Below, in pieces: positions 7,350-15,825 of a DNA stretch of 19,153 nt. The DNA is from Arcobacteraceae bacterium (lineage in GTDB: Bacteria; Campylobacterota; Campylobacteria; Campylobacterales; Arcobacteraceae). Where the stretch lies: the NCBI GenBank assembly GCA_048268245.1, contig JBLWVX010000039.1, positions 1 to 19,153 of the forward strand, in the 5' to 3' direction. Numbering within the stretch: position 1 is the stretch's first letter; each line of letters begins with the position of its first letter. Both the position numbers and the translations under genes were made by a program. A model generated the notes under the pieces. The model made no database searches. It worked only from the letters and a program-made list of their open reading frames with translations, and had not been told where the DNA came from.

Positions 7350-8627
7350 TTATCTAAATACGTCAGCCATTTGGTTTTCATACCAAGCAACAGCATATTC
7401 TGCTTCTAAATTTCTAAATGACATAGAAGCATTCATTGGACTTAATCCACCAGCACCTGCAACTTTTTCAATTTTATCTTCATGTGCTTCATATACAGCA
7501 GCAACTGAAATACCATACTTTGGTGCAATTAAACTATAACAAGTATTAGCTAACTTTGGAGGGTTTACAACAGCTTGCTTTCTTAAAAGTCTTGAGATTT
7601 GTAAAGCTGCAACTTTTGCTTGTGAGTTAGCAGAGAAACCAGATTTTGGCATCTTTGTAGCAATCGAAGCATCACCAATTACGTGTACATTTTTTACAAG
7701 TCTTGATTCAAAAGTTTTAGTATTTACAGGACACCAATCACCTTGAGTTAATCCTGAATCAAAAGCTAATTGACCTGCTTTTTGAGATGGGATATAGTTT
7801 AGAACATCTGCTTTAACAATCTCATCTTCAGTAGTTATCTCTAATTTCTTAGGATTAACTTCTAAAACCTTACCACCAAATTCAGCACTTCTCCACTCAA
7901 TCATATCACCATAAAGTTTTTCCCAGCCTTCTTGGAATAATCCTTGTTTAGAAAACTTATTTTTTTGATCTAAAATAATAATCTTAGAATTTGGTTTATG
8001 AGTTTTTAAATAATGAGCAACTAATGAGATTCTTTCATAAGGTCCAGGAGGACATCTAAATGGATTTGGTGGTGCTACCATCACATAAGTTCCACCATCA
8101 TTCATACCTTCAAGTTGTTCTCTTAAAAGTGTAGTTTGAGCTCCAGCTTTATATGCGTGAGGTGCATACATTTCAGAACCTTCTACATAACCTTTATCAT
8201 ATTTGAAGTCTATTCCTGGAGAAACAACAGCTCTATGATAAGGAATAACATCGCCATTTTCTAAAATTACACTATTTATAGCTCCATCAACTTTTTTAAC
8301 TTTTGCATGAATAACTTTTACTTTGTATTTACTCTCTAAAGTTTTATAGTCATGTTTGATATACTCAATATCATTTAAGCCTGCGATTACAGTATTTCCA
8401 AATGGACAAGTATAATACTCTTTATTTTGCTCAATTAAAATAACTTCTGTTTCAGGGCTAAATTTTTTAAGGTATTTTGCAGCAGTTGCCCCACCAAAAC
8501 CTCCACCTACAACAACAACTCTTTTTTTATCTTTAGGTAAAGAAACACTTGTTAAACTACTACAAGCAGTAAAAGAAAGAGCAATAGATCCAACAAGTAA
8601 TTTGTTAAAATTTCTTCTATTCATCAT
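7350..8627 (-). CDS. fccB: Flavocytochrome c sulfide dehydrogenase, flavoprotein subunit (FccB/SoxF)
   Basis: Tat motif NRRNF, GGGFGG Rossmann motif, YYTC (covalent FAD Cys), RCPPGPYER, MPKSGFSANSQAK and NTCYS. Confidence 0.92.
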   Translation of the reverse strand: MMNRRNFNKLLVGSIALSFTACSSLTSVSLPKDKKRVVVVGGGFGGATAAKYLKKFSPETEVILIEQNKEYYTCPFGNTVIAGLNDIEYIKHDYKTLESKYKVKVIHAKVKKVDGAINSVILENGDVIPYHRAVVSPGIDFKYDKGYVEGSEMYAPHAYKAGAQTTLLREQLEGMNDGGTYVMVAPPNPFRCPPGPYERISLVAHYLKTHKPNSKIIILDQKNKFSKQGLFQEGWEKLYGDMIEWRSAEFGGKVLEVNPKKLEITTEDEIVKADVLNYIPSQKAGQLAFDSGLTQGDWCPVNTKTFESRLVKNVHVIGDASIATKMPKSGFSANSQAKVAALQISRLLRKQAVVNPPKLANTCYSLIAPKYGISVAAVYEAHEDKIEKVAGAGGLSPMNASMSFRNLEAEYAVAWYENQMADVFR

Positions 8628-8637
8628 CTTTTATCCT

Positions 8638-8934
8638 TTATCTCTTAACTTTTGAAAAATAGTAGGCTATTTGTTCTAATTCAGCATCAGTGAAACCTTT
8701 AGTGTGCTTTTGCATCATAGTTCCTTCTTTTTTACCATATTTGTAATCAAGAAGTGTTTGATACATACTAGCTTTACCCATTCCAGCTATATATGGAGTA
8801 ATCATTTCTGATTTACCATCTGTACCATGACATGATGCACACGATAATGACAACATTTTCCCTTGTAGTTCATCATACTCTACTCCAAATGATAAACTAT
8901 AAAGAGACACAAGAATAACTGCTATCCTTTTCAT
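8638..8934 (-). CDS. fccA: Monoheme cytochrome c subunit of flavocytochrome c
   Basis: Sec signal peptide, single CASCH, distal GTMM; lies immediately upstream of fccB. Confidence 0.85.
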   Translation of the reverse strand: MKRIAVILVSLYSLSFGVEYDELQGKMLSLSCASCHGTDGKSEMITPYIAGMGKASMYQTLLDYKYGKKEGTMMQKHTKGFTDAELEQIAYYFSKVKR

Positions 8935-8959
8935 ATTAACCCCTTTGTGCTTTTAGTTT

Positions 8960-8991
8960 TGTTGAGTTCTTCACTCAACATTTAAATTATA
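8960..8991 (-). promoter_or_regulatory. fccAB -10 box plus an 8-bp inverted repeat at the predicted transcription start
   Basis: TATAAT on the minus strand at 8991-8986; TGTTGAGT-N5-ACTCAACA at 8960-8980. Confidence 0.55.
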
Positions 8992-9022
8992 AAATATAAA
9001 CATAACAAAAACATAGCATTTT

Positions 9023-9823
9023 TTATGTTTTCTGAATTTCTTTTTGATTTGCTTTTGATTGAAGATAATCTGATATTTGCATCAGACAAAATGTTATGAT
9101 AAAAATCATAAGACCTGGGAAAAAACTAACCCACCAAGCGATGTCTATAACAGCCTTTCCATCGCTAAGAAGCGATCCCCATGACATATCAGGAGGATTT
9201 ATTCCAAGTCCTAAAAAAGAAAGTCCTGATTCAGCTAATATAGACCCACCTACTCCGAATGTAAATGAAATCAAAAATATAGGTGCTAATAATGGCGCAA
9301 AGTATTTAAAAATAATCTTAAAAGTAGAAACATTAGCTAGTTTTAAAATTTTTATAAAAGGTCTGTTACTTATAGCAAAGCTTTCACTTCTAATTAACCT
9401 TGCCATACCCATCCAACCCGTAATTGATATTACTATGATTAAAATAAGTGCTGATGCTTGAATATAAGAAACAAGTGCTAAAAGTAAAAAGAAAGTTGGG
9501 AATGTTAAAAATAAATCAATTATTATAGTAATTGATTTATCTATATTACCTTTAAAATAACCGGCATTTATCCCAATGAAAAGTCCAATTATTGAAGAAA
9601 TAGCTGCAGCTAAAAATCCAATAATAAGTGAAGTTTGACCACCTTCTAAAACTCTTGCTAAAACATCTCTTCCAAGTCTATCTGTGCCAAATAGATGTTC
9701 TAAAGATGGAGCTTGAAGAATTTTGTCAGGGTTTAATTCATATGGAGATACAGTATAAATAAAGGGCATTAAAAATACTAATAAAATAGTAGTAATTAGC
9801 AAATATAAAGCCCATTTAAACAT
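9023..9823 (-). CDS. ABC transporter permease, DppC/OppC family
   Basis: HLFGTDRLGRDV, GWMGMARLIR and AESGLSFLGLG...SWG motifs. Confidence 0.92.
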   Translation of the reverse strand: MFKWALYLLITTILLVFLMPFIYTVSPYELNPDKILQAPSLEHLFGTDRLGRDVLARVLEGGQTSLIIGFLAAAISSIIGLFIGINAGYFKGNIDKSITIIIDLFLTFPTFFLLLALVSYIQASALILIIVISITGWMGMARLIRSESFAISNRPFIKILKLANVSTFKIIFKYFAPLLAPIFLISFTFGVGGSILAESGLSFLGLGINPPDMSWGSLLSDGKAVIDIAWWVSFFPGLMIFIITFCLMQISDYLQSKANQKEIQKT

Positions 9824-9826
9824 ATC

Positions 9827-10426
9827 TTAGTTCTCATCCTTATATGTATAATATGAAAGTGAACTCTTACCAAATTTTTTAGTTTTATTTAAACTAAATT
9901 TACCTAAAACCTCTGGCATTTCAAGAGTTGATACATGCTCAATTATAACAATATAAATATTATCATTTTCAATCTCTTCTATCATTTTAAAAGATTTATC
10001 ATAAATCTCTTCCATTCCATCTCTATAATCAAATGGAGGATCAACATATAAAATAATTTCATCTTCAGAGTTTTTTAAACTATTTAAAATAGTTGGCGTT
10101 TGAACAAAAGTATCACCTTGCATAGTTTGACATGAATTCATATCTAATGACTTACAGTTTCTAACTAAAATATTATAAGAGTTTCTATCTAATTCAACAA
10201 AGTATGCTCTTTTTGCATCTCTACTTAAAGCTTCTAATCCAATAGATCCAGAACCAGCAAAAGACTCTACAAAAATCTTATCAATTATATCAAACTGTAA
10301 TACATTAAATAGTGATTCTTTCAATCTAGCTTTTGAACTTCTTGTAACTTCTAAAGAAGGTAGTTCTAGAACCTTCCCTTTATATTTTCCTGCAATGATT
10401 TTAGTAGTTGGTTTATTTCTTTTCAT
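9827..10426 (-). CDS. rsmD: 16S rRNA m2G966 methyltransferase
   Basis: IIAGKYKG, KESLFN, FAGSGSIGLEALSR and DPPF motifs. Confidence 0.93.
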   Translation of the reverse strand: MKRNKPTTKIIAGKYKGKVLELPSLEVTRSSKARLKESLFNVLQFDIIDKIFVESFAGSGSIGLEALSRDAKRAYFVELDRNSYNILVRNCKSLDMNSCQTMQGDTFVQTPTILNSLKNSEDEIILYVDPPFDYRDGMEEIYDKSFKMIEEIENDNIYIVIIEHVSTLEMPEVLGKFSLNKTKKFGKSSLSYYTYKDEN

Positions 10427-10446
10427 ATTCTTCTTTATCTTTAAAT

Positions 10447-11991
10447 TTATCTAGCGTATGATTCAGCTCTTAGTTCTCTAATAACATTTACTTTAATCTC
10501 ACCTGGATATTGAACTTTTTCTTCAATCTCTTGGGCAATTTCAGTAGCTAAGATAACTGCTTCATCATCATTTACAAGCTCTGCTTGAACAATAACTCTA
10601 ACCTCTCTACCTGCATTAATTGCATAAGCATTTAATACACCTGTTTTTGCTGTAGAGATTTTTTCAACCTCTTCAACTCTTTTTAGGAAACTTTCAAGTA
10701 CTTCTCTTCTTGCACCTGGTCTTGCTGCACTTAATGCATCAGCTGCACAAACAGCCGCACTTTCTACATTTATAGGTTCTTCATGACCATGATGTGCATA
10801 AATAGCATTTATTACAGTATCACATTCATCATATCTTCTACAAATTTCAGCACCTAAATGCACATGTGAACCTGGCATTTCATGTGTTAAAGCTTTTCCA
10901 ATATCATGTAAAAGTCCTGCTCTTCTTGCTAAGATAGCATCTCCACCCATTTGAGCTGCTAATAATCCTGAAAGATGAGAAACTTCTAAAGTATGCGCAA
11001 GTGCATTTTGACCATAAGAAGCTCTATATCTTAACTTTCCAACAAGTTTTACAAGCTCTGGATGCATAGATTTAATTCCTAATTCAAGAATAACATCTTC
11101 ACCCTCTTTATGAATATTTCTATCAAATTCAGCTTTTACATTTTTGTAAACTTCTTCAATTCTTGCAGGTTGAATTCTTCCATCTTCTAATAACTCTTTA
11201 ATAGTTTTTGTTGCTACTGCTCTTCTATAAAGATTAAAAGAAGAGATTGTAATAGTATTAGGAGTATCATCAATAATAATATCAACACCCATTAACATTT
11301 CAAGGGCTTTGATGTTTCTTCCTTCTTTACCAATAATCTTACCCTTAGTTTCTTCATCACTTAAAGGAATATTATTGATAAGTCTTTCAGCTGCAAATTC
11401 ACCTGCATATCTTGTAACAGCATGTGATAACATATTATTAATCTCATTTTTACAGTTTTGCTCAGCTAACTTATATTTTTTTCTAAATATTGAAGCGATT
11501 TTAGCTCTTGAGTCTTCTTTAACTTTTTTAATCATTAAATCAGTAGCTTCATCTTCTGTAAGACCTGATGCATTTTCTAAAATCTTAATAGCTTCTGCTG
11601 TTTTTTCTTCATAAGTTTTCTTTTGCTTTTTAAGCCCCTCTTTTAAAGTACTTAACTTATTGTTTTTATCAACAATCTGTTCTTTTTCTTCTTTTATTGC
11701 ATTTAATTCTTTCTCTAAATGCTCATTTAATTCTTTCTCTTTTTTCTCAATTTTTGCAAGCATAGCATCATAATCTCTTCTTGCATTCTTAAACTCTCTA
11801 TCACAGTCGTTTTTTGCTTTTAACTGTGCTTCTTTTAAAGCAACTTCAGCCTCATGTTCTATAACCTTAGCTTTCGCTTTTGCTTGTTCTATGAAAACTT
11901 GAAGTTTTGCCTTATCAATTTTTCTTACTACAAAAATACTAATTGCAGAACTTAAAAGTGCTACAACTCCTCCTACGATAATATATTCCAT
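10447..11991 (-). CDS. rny: Ribonuclease Y
   Basis: N-terminal TM helix, coiled coil, KH domain (IIGKEGRNI), HD domain (LLHDIGK) and ADALSAARPGAR. Confidence 0.97.
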   Translation of the reverse strand: MEYIIVGGVVALLSSAISIFVVRKIDKAKLQVFIEQAKAKAKVIEHEAEVALKEAQLKAKNDCDREFKNARRDYDAMLAKIEKKEKELNEHLEKELNAIKEEKEQIVDKNNKLSTLKEGLKKQKKTYEEKTAEAIKILENASGLTEDEATDLMIKKVKEDSRAKIASIFRKKYKLAEQNCKNEINNMLSHAVTRYAGEFAAERLINNIPLSDEETKGKIIGKEGRNIKALEMLMGVDIIIDDTPNTITISSFNLYRRAVATKTIKELLEDGRIQPARIEEVYKNVKAEFDRNIHKEGEDVILELGIKSMHPELVKLVGKLRYRASYGQNALAHTLEVSHLSGLLAAQMGGDAILARRAGLLHDIGKALTHEMPGSHVHLGAEICRRYDECDTVINAIYAHHGHEEPINVESAAVCAADALSAARPGARREVLESFLKRVEEVEKISTAKTGVLNAYAINAGREVRVIVQAELVNDDEAVILATEIAQEIEEKVQYPGEIKVNVIRELRAESYAR

Positions 11992-12000
11992 TTTAAAACC

Positions 12001-12540
12001 TTAACTAGTAATTATATAATCTGCTTGAATATCGTGGTCTTCTGAGAGTATTTTATCGCTTTTACAAAGTGTTAGTTGAGTAAAGACTATTTCAGGTATG
12101 TACCCTAATCTACCAAAAAATCTATCATACATGCCTTTACCAAAACCTATACGTTTACCTATAATATCAACCCCAACAACAGGAACTATAGCCATATCAA
12201 TTTTTTGTGCTTTGAAAAAAGAATTATTTGGTTCTTTTATTCCAAATTTTTTCCCATGTAAAGGTAATCTATACTTAACAATTTTAAAACTATCTTCATA
12301 CATAAAAGGAACATAAATATTCTTATTTTTATCTTTTCTTAATTTATTTATTAAAGGTTTTGTATCAACCTCTGTTCCTAAAGGTATATACAATAATATA
12401 TTTTTTGCTTTACTCTTATCTATTAAGTTTTCTAACTTTCTAATAATTATTTTGTCTTTATAAAACTTTGAAAAACGACTCGAAAACTCTAATTTTTTTA
12501 TACACGATTTTCTAAAATCACTTTTGTGATTTACATTCAT
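12001..12540 (-). CDS. 5-formyltetrahydrofolate cyclo-ligase
   Basis: FGIKEP, IVPVVGVD and RIGFGKGMYDR motifs. Confidence 0.93.
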   Translation of the reverse strand: MNVNHKSDFRKSCIKKLEFSSRFSKFYKDKIIIRKLENLIDKSKAKNILLYIPLGTEVDTKPLINKLRKDKNKNIYVPFMYEDSFKIVKYRLPLHGKKFGIKEPNNSFFKAQKIDMAIVPVVGVDIIGKRIGFGKGMYDRFFGRLGYIPEIVFTQLTLCKSDKILSEDHDIQADYIITS

Positions 12541-12553
12541 ATTTAAGCCTCAC

Positions 12554-12574
12554 TTGGGTAGAATTCTAACCCAA
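12554..12574. promoter_or_regulatory. Symmetric bidirectional promoter element
   Basis: TAGAATTCTA palindrome (12559-12568) gives TAGAAT on both strands, flanked by TTGGG/CCCAA, in the 61-bp gap between divergent genes. Confidence 0.55.
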
Positions 12575-12601
12575 CAAATAATTTTACCCAAAGGAATTAA
12601 A

Positions 12602-13159
12602 ATGCAGTTTAAAACCTTGGCATTTTTGTCTATTTTATCTATTTTATTCTTTACTGGATGTAGTTCAGAAGATAAAAAAACAACAGATGTTACACAAGAA
12701 GAAACAGTAATTAAAAACTTAAATGAAATAAGTTTAACTACAATAGATAATAAAACTATAACAATTATAAACGATAATAATACATATAAAATAAAAGAGT
12801 ATCCTAATAAAATTGTACTATTAAACTTCTTTGCAACTTGGTGTCCACCTTGTAAAGCTGAAATTCCAAACTTGATAACTTTACAAGAAAAATACCAAGG
12901 TGATTTCAAAGTTATATCAGTATTACTTGAAAAAAATAAATCAAATGAAGAAATAGTAGAGTTTTCAAATAAGTTCAATATAAACTATGATGTAACGAAC
13001 ACAGAAGATAATTTTAAACTAGCAGATAAAATTGGTCCAATAAAGTCAATTCCTTCAATGTTTATGATAGACAAAAATGGTGAAGTTTTTCAAAAGTATG
13101 TAGGTATTGTTCCTGTTGAAATGATGGAATTAGATTTAAATAAATTATTAAAAAAATAG
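12602..13159 (+). CDS. TlpA-family thiol-disulfide oxidoreductase lipoprotein
   Basis: Lipobox FFTG-C and NFFATWCPPC. Start moved to ATG 12602, which follows AAGGAA. Confidence 0.92.
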   Translation: MQFKTLAFLSILSILFFTGCSSEDKKTTDVTQEETVIKNLNEISLTTIDNKTITIINDNNTYKIKEYPNKIVLLNFFATWCPPCKAEIPNLITLQEKYQGDFKVISVLLEKNKSNEEIVEFSNKFNINYDVTNTEDNFKLADKIGPIKSIPSMFMIDKNGEVFQKYVGIVPVEMMELDLNKLLKK

Positions 13160-13169
13160 AAGGTAATTA

Positions 13170-14327
13170 ATGTTTAGTTTTTTTAAGAAAAAGAAAAAAG
13201 AAGAACCAAAAAAAGAAGAAGATCAACAACTTCAAGAAGTTCAAGAGGTTCAAGAAGAGATAAAAGAGCAAGAAGTTCCTGTACAAGAAGAAACTAAGAT
13301 AGAAGAAATATCTGTACAAGAGGAAATTAAAGAAGAAACAGTTGAAAAAGAAGAAATAACTCAAGAGCTTCAAAAAGAGAATAAAGAACAAGAAGAACAA
13401 AAAGTTCAAGAAGAAGTAAAAAAAGAAGAGTCTAAAAGCCAAGAGAAAAAAGGCTTCTTTACAAGAGCATTAGAAAAAACCTTTGGAAATATCAAGTCTG
13501 TTATTCCACAAAAGCAAGAAAAAATTGCCTTTGAAGATATTGAAGAAATGCTTATTGAAGCAGATATGGAGTATGAAATCATTGAAAAAGCTATGGATGG
13601 ATTACCAGAAGAGATTACAAGAAAGCAGTTAAGACATAGACTTGTAATGTTATTTGAACATGCACCTGATGTTGATTTATCAAACCTTCCAAAACCTTTT
13701 GTAAGATTAATTATTGGGGTAAATGGAGCAGGAAAAACTACAACTATTGCAAAACTTGCTAATAAATCTAAAAAAGAAGGTAAATCAGTAATTTTAGGTG
13801 CTGGTGATACATTTAGAGCAGCTGCAATTGAACAACTTTCAACTTGGGCAGATAAATTAGATGTTCCAATTATTAAAACAAAACAAGGGCATGATGCAAG
13901 TGCAGTAGCCTATGATACTATATCTTCTGCAACAGCAAAAGGTATTGATAATGTAATTATTGATACAGCAGGAAGATTACAAACACAAACAAACCTAAAT
14001 AATGAGCTTAAAAAAATAGTAAAAGTTTGTAATAAAGCATATGAGGGAGCACCTCATCAAAAACTTATGATTTTAGATGGTACACAAGGTAATACAGCAA
14101 TTGCACAAGCAAAAGCCTTCAATGAAATAGTTGGAGTTGATGGTATTATTGTTACAAAACTTGATGGTACTGCAAAAGGTGGAGCATTATTCTCTATCTC
14201 AAATCAACTTGAATTACCTATCTTCTTTGTTGGAGTTGGTGAGAAACAAGATGACCTAATCGAATTTAGTCCAGATGATTTTGTTGATAGTTTATTAGAT
14301 GAAATCTATACACCTGAAGATAATTAA
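13170..14327 (+). CDS. ftsY: Signal recognition particle receptor FtsY
   Basis: Acidic N-terminal region, GVNGAGKTT, DTFRAAA, DTAGR and TKLDGTAKGG. Confidence 0.97.
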   Translation: MFSFFKKKKKEEPKKEEDQQLQEVQEVQEEIKEQEVPVQEETKIEEISVQEEIKEETVEKEEITQELQKENKEQEEQKVQEEVKKEESKSQEKKGFFTRALEKTFGNIKSVIPQKQEKIAFEDIEEMLIEADMEYEIIEKAMDGLPEEITRKQLRHRLVMLFEHAPDVDLSNLPKPFVRLIIGVNGAGKTTTIAKLANKSKKEGKSVILGAGDTFRAAAIEQLSTWADKLDVPIIKTKQGHDASAVAYDTISSATAKGIDNVIIDTAGRLQTQTNLNNELKKIVKVCNKAYEGAPHQKLMILDGTQGNTAIAQAKAFNEIVGVDGIIVTKLDGTAKGGALFSISNQLELPIFFVGVGEKQDDLIEFSPDDFVDSLLDEIYTPEDN

Positions 14328-14349
14328 AGAGAAACCTCTCTTTAATTAT
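14320..14349. terminator. Bidirectional terminator between ftsY and the esterase gene
   Basis: 13-bp stem ATAATTAAAGAGA-AACC-TCTCTTTAATTAT containing both stop codons. Confidence 0.7.
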
Positions 14350-14905
14350 TAAAAAAACTATCTATTTTTCTAAAGTATCTCTCTATTCCTTCAAATGAGT
14401 GGCTTCCACCCTCTTCTATTTCAAGATTTGTTTCTTCTAATTTTTCTACTGCTTCTTCATAATCTAATACTTCGTCTTCAGTTTGTAATAAAGTCATAAA
14501 ATTATTTGGATTTTTTAATTCATAAACATCATAGTTTTCAAAAGATGAAATATGTTCATGTGTAAACTCAAATCTGCTACTATCATAATAGTTTTCAACC
14601 ATTTCTACTTCTTCATATCTATTTAAAGTATCCCTTGGATTAACAGCAGGATTTATAAGCACTGCTTTTAAACTATATTTATTAGCTAAATATATTGAGT
14701 AGAATCCTCCTAATGAAGAGCCAATTAAACTTACTTTCTCACCTTTTCTTAAAAAAGCTTCTATTATTTGCTCTAAAGTACTAATAGCTAAATTTGGGAT
14801 ATTGGATAAGCTTGGTGTTATAATCTCATCTTCAAAATACTCAACAAACTTTTGAGCTTTTGAACCAAATCCACTACTTGCAAAACCATGTATATATATA
14901 ATCAT
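14342..14905 (-). CDS. YqiA/YcfP (UPF0227) alpha/beta hydrolase, esterase
   Basis: YIHGFASS, GSSLGG, LINPAV, DEVLD and GGSHSF motifs. Confidence 0.92.
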   Translation of the reverse strand: MIIYIHGFASSGFGSKAQKFVEYFEDEIITPSLSNIPNLAISTLEQIIEAFLRKGEKVSLIGSSLGGFYSIYLANKYSLKAVLINPAVNPRDTLNRYEEVEMVENYYDSSRFEFTHEHISSFENYDVYELKNPNNFMTLLQTEDEVLDYEEAVEKLEETNLEIEEGGSHSFEGIERYFRKIDSFFNN

Positions 14906-15369
14906 TTATTTTCCCCTTTTATAAACTCTCTTAAAGCACTTCTTGAAGCTTTATCTACTAAATTAAAAGCTTTATCTATTTCATCTTTCAAACTACTTTT
15001 TTTATGACCTTTTACTTTTATAAACTCTATTTCATATTTATCAATAAAAGAGTAAAACTCCTTATATAAAAGCTCATTCTTAACTATTTTATTTGTTGAT
15101 GTTTTAAAGTTATTTCTTTCAAGTTTTTCTCTTCTATTTAATAAACTAAAAATATTTTGACAATCTGTATAGACTTGAACTTTTTTTTCTTCTATATTCT
15201 TAGCTTCCAAAGCCCATAATAACACTTCAAGTTCAAGTTTAGTAGAAGAAGTGTTTTCAAACTTTTTTGTTTTTATATTTTGATTTTGAATATTTTCATC
15301 TAAAATAAAATAAGCCCCAAAGCCTACTTTTATTTGAGGATTTACACTTCCATCACAAAAAAGTTTCAA
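14902..15369 (-). CDS. Ribonuclease HI-family protein
   Basis: FCDGS, KLELE, YTDCQ, KVKGH and VD...R give a complete D-E-D-D set plus His; ATGA overlap with the esterase gene. Confidence 0.85.
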   Translation of the reverse strand: MKLFCDGSVNPQIKVGFGAYFILDENIQNQNIKTKKFENTSSTKLELEVLLWALEAKNIEEKKVQVYTDCQNIFSLLNRREKLERNNFKTSTNKIVKNELLYKEFYSFIDKYEIEFIKVKGHKKSSLKDEIDKAFNLVDKASRSALREFIKGENK

Positions 15370-15422
15370 GAGTTTAGCCTTTATATTTAAAATTGAAGGA
15401 TTTTATCATAGTTTTTTATTTA

Positions 15423-15719
15423 TTAAACTTTTGTTTCTCCACAATTCCAACAAACATTAAATTGTCCTTCATGAACCTCGCCACATTTTTGACATATCCA
15501 AGAGGATAAGTTCTCATTTTTTACATCGATGATAGCTTTTGCTTTTTCAAGATCTTCTTCTTTTACAAGAATAAATACACCTATTGTAGCTTGCAGGTGA
15601 GGATGCATACCTCCTGCATCATCTTTGTCAATAATGGCTTCTATATTTTCATCACTTAAATGTGTAACTAAAACTTGTGCTTCCATTTCGCTATAAACTT
15701 TTTTTAGTTCTACAAACAT
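15423..15719 (-). CDS. DUF2007-like small protein with a C-terminal zinc ribbon
   Basis: EAQVLVTHLSDENIEA...VKEEDLEKAKAII followed by WICQKCGE...FNVCWNCG. Confidence 0.8.
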   Translation of the reverse strand: MFVELKKVYSEMEAQVLVTHLSDENIEAIIDKDDAGGMHPHLQATIGVFILVKEEDLEKAKAIIDVKNENLSSWICQKCGEVHEGQFNVCWNCGETKV

Positions 15720-15825
15720 AAATATCCTTAATTATATAATCTTAAAATTATAACATATTGCAATATTTTTAAATCCATAATAAAAATTTCACTATAATTG
15801 CACCAAGATATAAATAGGAACACAT

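Noticed and set aside
12541..12601. 6S RNA, which often lies upstream of 5-formyl-THF cyclo-ligase
   Set aside because: The 61-bp gap is far too short for a roughly 180-nt RNA.
1757..13442. Other short shadow ORFs (1757-1981, 4394-4615, 4676-4930, 6320-6538, 7312-7539, 9096-9461, 11309-11614, 12098-12316, 12550-12978, 13167-13442)
   Set aside because: All overlap well-supported genes, antisense or out of frame, and show no independent coding signal.
13200..13445. CAAGAAG-like repeats in the 5' part of ftsY
   Set aside because: Low-complexity coding of the normal acidic FtsY N-terminal region; not a spacer array.
14902..15369. Functional link between the RNase H and the Thg1-like islet (retron-like idea)
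   Set aside because: More than 10 kb apart with core genes between; no reverse transcriptase or msr-msd-like structure seen.
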